DNA of 50,757 nt, filler included, from Catajapyx aquilonaris (GCA_000934665.2; 3 parts of 3 records of this genome joined end to end with filler, not necessarily neighbours in it), one strand, 5' to 3'; counted from the whole stretch's first letter, positions 25,201 to 38,086 are shown. The notes: generated from the letters alone by a model not told the origin. Program-made: numbers and translations.

Positions 25201-25282
25201 TTAACAGACGTGTGATTTTCAGATCATAGATACTTGTACTATAGTACAAGTATCTATGATCTGAAAATCACACGTCTGTTAA
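25201..25282. repeat. Perfect 82-bp spacerless palindrome
   Basis: ttaacagacgtgtgattttcagatcatagatacttgtacta|tagtacaagtatctatgatctgaaaatcacacgtctgttaa. Confidence 0.92.
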
Positions 25283-26715
25283 TTTGCGATGTTTTTAACG
25301 TGGACGCTATTTGCACGAGGTTGTTTAATTTCCAAGTAAAGTGTAAAGACACGAATAAAATATGAAATCGAAATGGCAATATACTGTTCGGAAAATAGTA
25401 GCATAATTTTTCTGCACAGCGCCAATTTCAATTTTACACATTTTGCTTTTATAAGATATTTCCAAATTTACAAGGATATAGCAAAAATTCCTGAGTTATA
25501 AAGGACGAAAACTTGCCTGTCGTCAAAGGATCGACGATGATTGGTTTTTTTTAACTAACTGGCTTTTTAAGATGGTCTATATTTTAGACCAGTGGTTCCC
25601 AACCTTTTCGTCATGAAGCTCCCTTTTTCGTTTTCACCAAACATTTGATAGCGTATTTCTCTTCTTGGCACTTATGTGATTAATTTAAGCTCTCGCGCAG
25701 CTCTCTGTGGTCGATATTAAGGGAGATATCGTCACTTTTAGGATACCTTGCAGCGTCTCTATTGCAAATTCCACCATCTCCATAACTGAGTTCATTTTTT
25801 TCAGACGAATGGCCATAGCCAGGTTTGTTTAGGGTGAAGTACAGTACGTTCTTTTGAAAAATATGAAGGATATCCGAGTTACCAAGGGCTAATCATGATA
25901 CGAACTGGCGGGAATGACCCCGTTACAATTTGGATACTCTGTTTAATCAAAACTCAAAACAATGAGCCACTAACAAGCATGTTTATCCTAATTATTAAAC
26001 GCTATCGTTGCGTCTCGTTTGTTCACTAGGGAGGCTTACTAAGGAAATGGATATTAACAGACTCTGCGCGAAAGCAAAATGTCACAAGAGGCAATTACTT
26101 TGTCCTGCAGTATAGTGTATAGGGAACATGTTTTCCGTAAAGAAGAAGAATCACAGAAAATACCAGAACTGCTGCCATTAAAAATACACAGGGTGGTGCA
26201 CTGCCCAACTCTACAGTTCCACAGAGAGCTATAGGAAGAGAAGTAATCGACTGCTTACTAGCGACACCCAGTTTAAAGAGAAACAACCTGTTGGAAGCAA
26301 TAATCAGCCCACTAATGATTAAGGGGATATGGCTGTGCCCCTCAATTCCTACAAATGCAGAGTAAAACCTAGTTCTCACACGTTATTTTACAAGCCATAT
26401 GCTTACATATATGCGGAACCCGCTGCACAGAATCGGGTTCACATGATGATACGTATATGACATCTATAGGTGCTTATGAGCCGTCTTAAAATATTTTGCA
26501 CAGTTACATCTGAACACACAAATATTTTACTGGAACGTGTTTTGGGCACCAGTTTGTAAGATTGGGGGCAAAAGAAGCTCGCAGAATTTTGAGAAGATTT
26601 CTGACATTTATTACAACCGAGTGTTTTCACCCATTTAATTTCCAGCTTTCAACCAATAATTTACTCCCACCTTTATATGAACCTGGATTACACCAGACAA
26701 GACTTTGCAACCTAC

Positions 26716-26862
26716 CATTCTTGTTGTAAATGGCGATAGCTTCGCAGCCCAATTGGCAGTTGTGCGTCCTCATACGAGTTTGGTCGAATTTTCCTCTGGT
26801 GCAAGTGTCGGACTGGTTGTCGTAAGGTCCCCAACTGCATATGTAGCACTCCACCGCCGACG
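26716..26862 (-). CDS. Ly6/uPAR three-finger protein, internal exon
   Basis: Acceptor ctctctttttacag|, donor AATG|gtaggt, both phase 1. SAVECYICSWGPYDNQSDTCTRGKFDQTRMRTHNCQLGCEAIAIYNKN; together with the last exon this gives 10 Cys. The signal-peptide exon was not confidently located. Confidence 0.85.
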
Positions 26863-27754
26863 CTGTAAAAAGAGAGGCAATAGTCGTAGCATTATAACGG
26901 CCTGTAAAATACAGGCATTTCCCTTTCCTCCATCAGAATAAAGTGCGGTAACCGATTGAACTTTGCACACTTTGGGTTGAAAGTAAACTTGCGGAACTCC
27001 ACAAAATTGTTCCTATAAGTTGGGCCGCAGAAAAGCTAGTCTACATGCCCATAATAAACGGAAGTGATCCTGAACAAGAGACTAATCAGGGTAATTATGA
27101 TTCCATATCGTGCAAAGCACAGATGAAGAGAAATGTTCCTGAACTTCGATTCGGTAATTAGCGGCTTGGAACTGAGAGGGCCACCAGCATTTGGTTCCTT
27201 CCTAATCTTCTCTAGCATGATTGCTAAAATGTGAATTTGATCCCGACATGCTGATGATAAGCGCGATAAAGGGCGGGGGGTCTTCCATTTAAGTGGGCCT
27301 ATAGCTTTAGTAGTAGGGAGTCTAAGTAGGGTGTAAGTGAGTGAGGCGCCTTGGCTCCGGAGATTCCGGCCAGAATTCATTAGGCGTCCATTAAAGGTGG
27401 GCTCACCGGGTTAAGTCTCCAGCCGACCGCTTTTGCAAGTGGTGAAATAGTGTACAAGTGGCGAGGGACTAACGAGGCTTGCTCCCGCCTCTGCTCTGCT
27501 GCTGCCAGACCCCCAAGCCTAATCAGATGCCCGTGGCCTGACTCCAAGGGAATTTGCATATGAATTGTCCGCGTCGTTGCTGATAACCGTGGCCACCCTG
27601 CTACTCCTGCTGTACGGGAAAGGCTGCCGTGTGTACAGGGATTTTGACAATTTGTGTGCCGTGACAAATTCTATTCGCACAAATCTGGCTGGCTGCTGAG
27701 TCTCCATTCAAAGCTTATATGTTGACGTGAATACGTCTTTAAAATCGGATCCGC

Positions 27755-27905
27755 ATAGGGGGGCATGCAGGCAAACTCGATCGTTACAGAAAAGCGTGAC
27801 AGTCTATTATAACCGAGTATATTATATCCGAGTCTATTATAACCGAGTCGGGGGGGCATGCAGGCAAACTCGAGCGTTACAGTCTATTATATCCGAGTCT
27901 ATTAG
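27755..27905. repeat. Short tandem motifs (gagtctattata[at]cc; gggggcatgcaggcaaactcga x2), transposon subterminal-type
   Basis: Directly visible 15-bp and 22-bp repeats. Confidence 0.6.
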
Positions 27906-29147
27906 TCTTTTAAGTATACTAGTTACTGTAAACGCCGTCCCTGCCGCGGGCGCTACCTCCGCACCGTCTTACTTCGGTACTTCGCCGTCGGATGTCGCTG
28001 CCTGGTCCGCGTCTCTCTCTACTCTCTCTCCACTTTCGCAATTTTGCCAAATCTTTATCCAATTTGGGCAAGTTGGTGCCTAGTTATTTTTAATTGAATC
28101 ATAATTATGTGGCTAATACAAAAAGTGATCCTCTGGTGCCAAGCAGTTCAGCATAAAAGACTGTATGGCTCATTATGAAACGCCCTATGGACCTGGCTGG
28201 CATTGACACAAGTGATGAGCGAAACGTGAAAATAATTTAATACAAATATTTAAATGGCCTCCATGATGGGTAACGTTGTTTGTTGCTATTAACTTACAGT
28301 CCCATTGGATCATTAAATTACAGTCCTTCGTTAATGAACTTGTGCAAATGGACTGATTGTTTTTTTAAAAAAACTTGATGCAAATGGACATTAGCAATGC
28401 ATGACTGAGAGCAAAACTAGTTTGTAGTGATTTCAACTTAAATTACACTACTATACCGACAATTTACATCATTGCAGTAGGCTGGTAGTGTTGTCCCCAT
28501 ATACCATTGTTCAAAAGGCAGATGATACACACATGTAAAATTATTGAATAATGTGTGACATTATGCATGTTTGATGAGCACGCTAGTTATACGGTAGACC
28601 TAATCCTGAGCAAGGACTGACCTTTCCTATTTTGGTGAGCAGGTCCGTAATGTAGTTTCCGTACTTAATTCGTAATGTTTTGACAGGTTGGTCCAGTAGG
28701 AATCCGCAAAGGAGGGCGGACCTCATAACAAATGGGGGCTGTGGAAACAGAATCCCCTGCAGGCTTACTCTCTGATTTCACAGCCATCTATTTCGGTCAC
28801 ACAAGAATCTACTTAATTAGTCCCCTGGACTAGACCACCTGATGAAACGTAATCCTTCATCTAATTTAATTCCTTCATTTAATTACCAGGCTCACAGTGG
28901 GATTTTTAATGTTCTATAGTGTATTTTTTTTAAAAAAAAATCCCTTATGCTGGCGAAAGTAGGGATGATTAACAGGCTCGCTAGTAGAAAGTAATATGAG
29001 GTCTACAATGTATTCAGGTATAATATTATTTTATAGTAATTCTGCTCAGGAATATCGTATACCGGTATACTGTAGGCCTACTCTGAAAATATTAAACCTA
29101 ATGAACTTTCCTTCCAAATACAAAGTGCAGATATTTCTGTCATTGCA

Positions 29148-29274
<127 letters not shown>

Positions 29275-30367
29275 TGTTAACGTGAAAAGTAATTAAATCG
29301 CGTCAATTTGTCAGCGTAAGGTGTCACCAAGAGGACTTAGTCACCTCATAATAATGCAAGTACTCGTATATTGGAGACAGATGCAGGGTCACACGCTTAC
29401 TAACTCACTAAAATATATTACAGTTGTGGATGCCATTGTTTCTGTTTCCTGCCGGCAGCCGGCTACAGCCATAATTTAAGAGTGGCAAAAATTGGCATAT
29501 TTATAGGTATCATATGGCCATAGAAGCACAAATCAAGCTCCCCATAGCGTGCAAAGTGCGCTGGAGTGAATTTTGCGCCGCTTTTCACCAGGATCCTGCC
29601 ATGCAGCTAGGGGTTGTGGATTGGCAGAAATGATTGCTTACAATATGGAAGCGTGACTATGGTGGCGAATAGGAGCCCCAGAATCAGGGAAGCGCTGTCC
29701 TTCGTCATCTGGAAAGAAAGAAATGGAACTCATTCAGCAATCAGTAGTAATTGTCCCAAACTTTTCTCCTTGGGAGGCCAGACACGCACGTCTGTCTCCT
29801 GGCATTTGTTTAAATACCGCTTAAACTTTTCTATTCTTTCCATCTAATTTTTTGGTTGAAAGCCAAGATTAGAAAAATGTCATAATTGCAGCCTCGATGG
29901 CCCTCCATCAAGTAATGGCTACAGGGTGGCACAGACAAAGTGTCCCTCAATGCAATTTTTTTTCCAAATGACCAGTTACTCGACTATGATCACATTATTA
30001 TGATAATAATTACACTTGAAGAAATAATGCATGTAAATAATGTGATTTATGTATTACAGGGAGACTGAGGCATAGTGTCCCTTACTAAAAAGATAATTCA
30101 GAAGTGTCAGACATGCATTCTTGCTAGCTCTATGCCATATTGACCTCCAAAAAAACTGTGCAATGAAAAAATTGCACATCATAATTATGAAGTAGCCTAA
30201 CATATAATTTAAATAATGTAGTGATCGAGTCCTGGCAGCAAGACTCGATTGCTGTCCTATGGTAACAGTTGATAAGGGAGCAATGTACAATGCACATATA
30301 GTGTGTTGGGGTTTGATTGGAACGTGAGTTGTACTCGTAGAATGTCTGTCTTGGGCCGGGTTGCACC

Positions 30368-30775
30368 GGCTCCCGGAAAATTTATCCGGCCGAAAAAGAG
30401 CCAGGATAGTTTGTTATTCATTGTTGTCAACAATGCTGTCAACAATGAATAATAATAATAATTCATACCCCGTTATTAAAGTTTGTTTTGCTTGGAACGC
30501 TTTGCTTTTCATTTTACTGTGCTCTTTGGGATAGGATAGGGACGGAAGGAAGCGGCTGTGGCCTATTTATTACAGAAGTAACTCCGGAATTTTCCGGGAA
30601 GGACCGTGGGAAACCACAGAAAACCACGGTCAGAGTTGCCGGCCCCAGGATTTGATCCCAGGACCTCCCGATTAGCAGTCGGACACCATATCCCCTACTC
30701 CAAACTGCTTCGGTGTCAACAATGAATAACAAACTATCCTGGCTCTTTTTCGGACGGATAAATTTTCCGGGAGCC
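30368..30775. mobile_element. Short palindromic MITE interrupted by a SINE
   Basis: ggctcccggaaaatttatccg...gatagtttgttattcattgttg is mirrored at 30717-30775. Confidence 0.75.
30453..30713 (-). mobile_element. tRNA-derived SINE, family S2 (Talua-like head)
   Basis: Head nearly identical to 42630-42805 (ggaagcggctgtggccta...aaaccacagaaaaccacgg); 16-bp TSD TGTCAACAATGAATAA at 30437-30452 and 30714-30729. Confidence 0.8.
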
Positions 30776-33700
30776 GCCGGCCTTGGAGTGCAGACATGTT
30801 ATACCTATCTGGATATTAAAACATTTGAGAGTTGTCCGGTGTCTATTATTCGTAGTGGTGTCTCTTACGAATAATCGTGGGACACTTCAATAAGTAGCCT
30901 CCAGTATACTCCAGAATTCTTGCAAAACACAGTTAAATTATGTGTAGGCCTACGCCCTAATATGAACTTGAACCGATTAATTTTCTTCATATTACTAATT
31001 TTGAAGCCAACAATAAATTGTTCGTCCTCAATTGCCCCACTTGCATTGCTGAATAATGTAGGTTTACCTCACTTTATATCTGAAACCTGGGAGATAGGCA
31101 AATTTGGTCACGACTTCCTCCTGATAGGAATTATAACGAGTAATAAAATAGTGCAGTCGCTTTGAGTTAGAGTTGAGCAAAACTTGCAAATCCGTGGACT
31201 CCCGCCTCGTGGAATCGCATCCAGTTGAGCGCTCGAGATTTCGTTTGGACGGGTGGAACTGGTTCTGCAAAGCCGTTCAAGCGGCGATTTCACCTTATCT
31301 CCATTCCCAATTTTGGCTGTTTAACTCGAACCAAGTCTAGGAAAGCCTGCTTTTACAAAAATTGTCCCGGCAATACGCGAATTTCCTCCTTTGTGTAAAC
31401 AGTCGACCGTGCCCACCAAATGTAGCTCTGGAATACCTGACGTCAACACCGTCTCCTTTAAGGCGTAACCAATCAATAATATTCCTTTATAGTGTGGCCG
31501 ATCGATAGAGTTGCCCATCCAAGTAGAAATTGTTGTGAGAAGAACTCTCCTGCATGCGTATTGTTAACACGTGTTGGCATACATTCTTGAGCTAGAGATA
31601 ATATAGGTTTCGAGTAATCTTTCTTCTTCCTTATGTATACAGTAGGGTACAGTATTTGGTATTACAGAACCGGACAAAGAAAAAGTAAGTGCAAAGCCTA
31701 CTGTGTGTAACCGTATAAAAAAAAAGCAAAAGTAGGATTTTAATGTGCAAAAATGCCAACGTTGAAGAGACCTATATAGCAGTAGAACACTGGTAGATAT
31801 GTTCACAAACCCGCCGTTAAAATGTTTGGAGCAAGCCTGTAAAATATCGAATTTTATATAATATATATTAACTTATTATAAAAGCCGACTATCATGGCAT
31901 CTCCTCCCGCAACGTACGGCCTACAGCTTTGGGAGTGGTGTCCAAATTTTGCCCGCGTTTTCTATATTTGCAAACCACTTTTCTTTTTTTTTTTGGAAAC
32001 GGTGCTGAGGGATTTTGTAAAACTTTAAAAACGCAAAAAAAAGCCGACCGCGCCTGTTCCACGTAATTCCCATTTCCGCCGTTCCGGGCGCCACCTGGAT
32101 GGCGATTCGCTTACTTCTGCACTTTACCGTCGGATGTCGCTGCCTGGCTCTGGCTCTCTCTCTCCACTTTCGCACTTTTGCCATATTTTGGCACGTTGGT
32201 GCCTAGTTGAGCATTTAAAATAGACAGAACACTGTAAATATGAAATATTTAGGGCTCGAAGTGGATGCCAGAAATAATTAGGGTTTTTAGTAAAATATTA
32301 ACGTTACCTGATGTTACGTTGATTCTCACCTATTATACCCAGTCATTTATTCCGTAATTTCATTTCTCCACTAAATACTGCAACAGACTAATGCCCTCTT
32401 CCACTTCCACTTTTAAGAGCTAGCCTGAAATTCTACCCCAATTTGAATAAATACGTCATAATTTCCCATTTTGCCTCCCATTAAAAGTCATGTCTAGACT
32501 TGAACATGACCTACAGTACATTTCATACAGTATAAGCTAAGCACCGCTGAAATATGGTGCCAAATGAGTTTTTGGAGCCCTTTTGGTTTATTAGCTTCAC
32601 TCATGCTCCGACACTTAACGAATCAGTCTACATCGCTAATAGTCCAGTTTCATTTTAGAGGTCTCGCAAGATTAGAGGATGTAGAGCGAAATTTCATGTC
32701 ACCAAATGTGTACCCCCCCATTGTAATAACTCAAGCTGGGCAACTGTTCTTGTGTGGCGTCGGCCGATTTCGAGGCCCAAGTTATGGAGTACTTTTCACG
32801 GTCCGGATATACCGTATAGAGCCATTTTCGAGGGCATTTCCTTCTCTTGATTGATCCACAGAACGGTCCAAAGTGCACGGGCTATATCAAGCCCCGTAAT
32901 TCAAGANCCCCCCCCCCCTCTGGAAAATACCCCCAGAAGAAAACAGTGAAAGGTGCACACGGGAGTTCACGTCCATCTTCAACTTCTGTTTCAAATGATG
33001 ATGTATCACCCTTTTATTGCGGGCATCAGACTGGGTTCTATAGAGGGTTCTAGCAATTTGAAACAGTTGACTCATCTGTTAGTGTGAAAAAACGTCAGGA
33101 GTTGGGTTATTATTCCAGCTGGGGGAGTCAGTAACCTGTCGAAATTGGGAGTAAAGCGAGGAAATTTCAACTCGGTAGAGGGCTTCATTTTCATAAAATT
33201 TGATCGCGCCGATTGGGGGATGGCATCAACCTGATGGGCTTTTTGGGAGGGCTTCGGAGGAAATGGTGCTGATTAAAGAGATTGGAGCAGCCGGCCGATG
33301 AGTTCGGATAATAGTTAGCTGGTCTAGGAATGTACTTTCAGATTTACGTTGGGTATGAGGGACTTTGGGGAGACAGGGATCCATAAGGAGGGATCTATTC
33401 GGAGAATTTCGTGGCTGAATTCCTGTAATGACGAGTCATGTTCTGAAAATTAATTGTCAGTACAATGTATTAATTCCGTTATACTGCTATTATGCGATTC
33501 ACGAGTCCTGGCCTGTTAGGCTCCACCCACCTCCTCCCAACGTCAGCGGCGGAAGAAATCAGACCTGGAATACTCGTGATTCTCGCGAGTAGGAGCCATT
33601 GGTGCGGGCAGCCCACGGACACTACCCCTATCTTCTGATCTTATCACCTGCCGAGGGGTTTTGCAGCGGGTGCTCACCTGAGACCGCCACGAGACATTTC

Positions 33701-33809
33701 CCAGAGCATTTATGTGGCGACCCTACCGGACTAAGGCTGAACTTTACAGGTACGAAAGGGGAGGGCAGCCCACGGACACTTATACTACGTTCTGGCGTTA
33801 TCACCTGCC

Positions 33810-33909
33810 NNNNNNNNNNNNNNNNNNNNNNNNNNNNNNNNNNNNNNNNNNNNTTAATTAATTAANNNNNNNNNNNNNNNNNNNNNNNNNNNNNNNNNNN
33901 NNNNNNNNN
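33810..33909. other. Artificial contig linker (N44-TTAATTAATTAA-N44)
   Basis: Identical design to 16878-16977. Confidence 0.97.
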
Positions 33910-34108
33910 AGCAGCGGAATCCGCCATTTTGTCCGCGATTTAATTTTCGCGGCCCAAGCCAGATATTCGACGCTAGGTGGCTACAGCTATTGAGGCCAGA
34001 TTGTAATCATGGGATACCAGCATATTACAGTTCTGTTGGCATCACTGGTTGGCGCCAAAAAAATCTTTTGCTGATGTCGACATATGTCGACACCAGGTCT
34101 CAGGAGGA
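33910..34108 (-). mobile_element. End of a TCCTCCTGAGACC-terminus MITE (family of 35974-38086), cut by the contig edge
   Basis: Reverse complement of 35974-36093 joined to 37318-37397, i.e. the empty-site version lacking the P-like insertion. Confidence 0.8.
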
Positions 34109-34779
34109 TATGCCAAATGTTCGTGAAGCTAGGACAATTTCTTACACGGGGCAAGTGCGACCTTTTGGTCGCACTTGCCCCATCGAAATAGGCGCACTTG
34201 CCCCAGTGTCACATTGTAATGGGGCAACTGCGACCGAGGCAATTAAAGGTGACGTCATAATCTTATCGTTAAATACGCAACATCTATGAAAAGTTCATGG
34301 AAAATGCTTCATAACTATGCAAAAATAGAACACCCAGCATGTTGAAGTGTACCTAATGAGAAACAACCAATGAGCACATTAGGACCCAATTGCTGCTACA
34401 AAAGCAGAATGGATGAAAGCTGAAAATTTAAATCCCACTCAATGGATCACTAAGATAGTGCTCTATCCTCCAAACAAAGTTTTTTACATTTGCTTGTCGA
34501 ATTCGTGGTAGAAATTCCTATCGGAAGATAATTAAAGATAATCTGCAATTATTTTAGAAGGCCAAAACTTCAGGTATGGGGAATGCTCCTTCTCTTCTTA
34601 TCTCCTAGCATGGTACCACACTATTCTAGATTTTAAAACTGAACTGTAATGCAAAGTACACTTCCTTGTGGGTGTATAGGTGGTATCGGCGAGAGAGCCA
34701 TCTCTGGGTATTTTCATGAACTAATGCAACCCCTGTTCCTCCCCCTGCCCCCACTCCAGAAAACATACGCTCTGTACAG

Positions 34780-35122
34780 CCGCAAAAATGGTTCAATTGA
34801 CACAGAAAAAAATTGATGATTTGGCACCTAGTTCGTCTTTTTTTCCATTTTCGCCAAGAACATAATGCCTTTTACGGCGAGTTGAAGTGAACGGAAAACG
34901 GCGGTTCCGAAATGTGAATTTGATTAACATAGTGGAAAGGAATCGCGAGATAATAGGACACATCTCTGAGGCCGTGTATCCACAATTTTAATGCAATCGT
35001 GTCAAGTATGGTACCATTTTAAAGGCCAAATCTTTTTGCGCGTTTTTCGAGCTTTACATTAAACGACAAAAAAATTAAATTCTGTACGAAATGCGTTACC
35101 ATATTCTTACTGCTGCGCCCCC
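34780..35122. mobile_element. Divergent partial Kolobok-type family B copy
   Basis: ccacaattttaatgcaatcgtgtcaagtatggtacca is shared with 9826-9862; ends gcgccccc|TTAA. Confidence 0.6.
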
Positions 35123-35126
35123 TTAA

Positions 35127-35620
35127 TCCCGGGTATTCCCCCTGCACATCCAGCCAGAACTTCGTCAATTATTATCCATCTTGAAATAAGTTATCTTTCA
35201 ATGTGCGGTCGCAGAACAAATCAATGAGCTCCTATCTCATTCATATAAGTAGACAGTTATTCCCTTGTAAACTCACTGAAGAGATTTCGAACCTATTGGA
35301 CCTTTGCAATGTCAATGTCACCGAAATATTTCTCGAAACCCTCCTCTAGTATTTGCAAATGTGTGGATGTGACTCGCTCTTGAAATTTGCGCCACTGCCC
35401 TCGATATACTCTTGCAGACTATGAAACATTTCATATGAAGATTGCTCCCCTTTTTTCTGCCAGCCAGAGTTGGAGTTTTAATAAAAATGCACTTATTCTT
35501 TCATGCGATGAAAAAATGTTCCTTAATTATTTTGACCCCTTGCCTTGCGGCACAGTGTTGAGCACATTCAGCTCCTCAAACATATCCGCAAAACTTACCA
35601 GTTATCACAAAGTAATTTTT
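35127..35620 (-). pseudogene. Decayed hAT (Charlie/Buster/SPIN-type) transposase fragment
   Basis: Minus-strand pieces FADMFEELNVLN..QGK, NIFSSHERISAFLLKLQLW, HLQILEEGFEKYF, VRNLF, ELIDLFCDRTLK and LTKFWLDVQGEYPGL, with stops and frameshifts. Confidence 0.75.
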
Positions 35621-35973
35621 AATAATTGCATCTGCTTCTCCTGTATAGCTTTTTTCCTTCAAGCTAATGTAAGTTGTAGTGCAGCTTGATTGGCTCCGTA
35701 GCGAGCTCGGTAAAGGGGCTTGGAACCGCGGATAGAGGAGATCGTGAGGGTGAACGTTGCTAGATTTCTCTTGCCGAACTATGGCTCAACCCAAGCGCTG
35801 CTCAAACATAAAACTCGTACACAGTGTTCACCAATTTTTTATTTTTAAATTATTCATTATTGCGCCTAAATTGAAAAAAAAAAAAAGTGGAACCCAAGGC
35901 CCGCGACCCACCGCACAGTGTGACATTTTAGCAATCCAGCGGTATTTAAATGGAAAAGTGACCCCTCTCTATA

Positions 35974-36604
35974 TCCTCCTGAGACCTGGTGTCGACATAT
36001 GTCGACATCAGCAAAAGATTTTTTTGGCGCCAACCAGTGATGCCAACAGAACTGTAATAGGCTGGTATCCCATGGTTACAATCTGGCCTCAATCTTAGAC
36101 CATATATACCAGTAGACGCTCCCTCTCCCTCTCAAAAGTGAAACCTGCCGTTCTGAGGGGGGGATCATGTGACTTAGGGCAAAAGGGAGGCGGGAAGGCG
36201 AAATTAACATGGCGCCTTATGGGGATTCCGACTGTCTTTGCGCCGTCACTGTCAGGCGCCTATTGGGACTAAAAATATGCAATGGGTACCAAATGATAGC
36301 TCCACTCATGCCCCGTCTCATGCCGTGCATCTCCATCCGAGAGGTTGAGCGGGGAAGGACATAAAAAATCCTACACTTTGTCATTGTTTCTCGCCGGAAG
36401 TGCAGTTTGTGTCACTACATCACTCAAACAACCACATTGAAATGATCCAAATTTTAATATGTTGTCAAGACAATCTTCCTCTGCATATTTCACCAACTCG
36501 GGGTCGATTATAGAGGTTGATTTAATTATTCGAAAATAAAAAAGTGATATCGGAACTTAGGGCAGCTTCAGTTAGGTACTGATTGATCAAAGTCTGTGCA
36601 AAAC

Positions 36605-36678
<74 letters not shown>

Positions 36679-36728
36679 GCAGCAGCAGCATCAGCAATAG
36701 TAGCAGTAATAATAATAATAATTGTGCC

Positions 36729-36788
<60 letters not shown>

Positions 36789-38086
36789 GTTTTGCACAGA
36801 CTTTGATCAATCAGTACCTAACTGAAGCTGCCCTAAGTTCCGATATAACTTTTTTATTTTCGAATAATTAAATCAACCTCTATAATCGACCCCGAGTTGG
36901 TGAAATATGCAGAGGAAGATTGTCTTGACAACATATTAAAATTTGGATCATTTTAATGTGGTTGTTTAAGTGATGTAGTGACACAAACTGCACTTCCGGC
37001 GAGAAACAATGACAAAGTGTAGTATTTGTTATGTCCTTCCCCGCTCAACCTCTCGGATGGAGATGCACGGCATGAGACGGGGCATGAGTGGAGCTATCAT
37101 TTGGTATGCATTGCATATTTTTAGTCCCAATAGGCGCCTGACAGTGACGGTGCAAAGATAGTCGGAATCCCCATAAGGCGCCATGTTAATTTCGCCTTCC
37201 CGCCTCCCTTTTGCCCTAAGTCACGTGATCCCCCCTCAGAGTGGGAGGTTTCACTTCTGGGCTTGCTCGTAAACGGGAGGGGAGCGTCTACTGGTATATA
37301 TGGTCTAAGGCCTCAATAGCTGTAGCCACCTGGCGTCGAATATCTGGCTTGGGCCGCGAAAATTAAATCGCGGATAAAATGGCAGATTCCGCTGCTGAAG
37401 CTAGGCGCTCATCTGATCAGTTATATTTTTTTACTCATATTTAGAATGCGATTTTCGCAATGCAGTGAATGTCCTGGGATTCGCAAGGAATGTGTCTTAG
37501 GAACTGCGAAAAGATGATTCTGTGACAATCTTTGTTGCTGTAGAGAACTGGCCATTTTCTTTTCTTCCTGAGACCAAATGCACATTGAAATGGACATCCG
37601 AAAAATGGCATTTTTAGCTGAATGGGTGTGACTTTTCTTTAAGTGCCTGTACCTATACACCCATAAGGAAGTGTGCTTTGCACTATGCAGTTCAGTTTTA
37701 AAATCTAGAATAGCAAGGTACCACTCCAGCAGGTAAGAAGGGAAGGAGCAAGCCCCATCCCTGGAGTGGTGGCGTTAAAAAATAATTTCATTTATCTTTA
37801 ATTGTCTTCTGAGAGGAATTGCTACCACGAATAAATTTTAAAAACATTGTTTGGAGGATAGAGCACTATGTGAGTGATCCATTAAGTGGTACTTCAATTT
37901 TCAGCTTTCATCCGTTCTGCTTTTGTAGCACCAATTGGGTCCTAATGTTCTTATTGGTTGTTTGTCGCCATTTTTGTCGATATTTTAAAACTAATTTTTT
38001 TTTCTCGTTTCTTATTGGGAACATGTTCAGAAAATGCAATAGGAACTGACATTGCGTTAAAAAATTCTTCTCAGGTCTCAGGAGGA
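35974..38086. mobile_element. piggyBac-like non-autonomous element with TATA flanks
   Basis: TATA|TCCTCCTGAGACCTG ... CAGGTCTCAGGAGGA|TATA; inverted partial copies at 33910-34108, ~34330-34690 and ~39400-39840. Confidence 0.7.
36094..37309. mobile_element. Foldback element (~1.2-kb palindrome, 8-bp TSD; P-superfamily-like termini)
   Basis: TSD GCCTCAAT at 36086-36093 and 37310-37317; termini CTTAGACCATATATACCAGTAGACGCTCCC; ~510-bp unique arms run into (AAT)n/(ATT)n at the centre. Confidence 0.85.

Noticed and set aside
28835..28860. cctgatgaaacg (and ctgatgatg at about 19012) as hammerhead ribozyme cores
   Set aside because: No stem II or flanking stems I/III could be formed by eye.
28940..28986. 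Helitron 3' end (hairpin + CTAG|T)
   Set aside because: Hairpin is weak and no 5' TC end or second copy is visible in the window.
36522..36825. Poly-Ile ORFs (also poly-Ile/Val at 28996-29280)
   Set aside because: Translations of (AAT)/(ATT)/(AGT) microsatellites.
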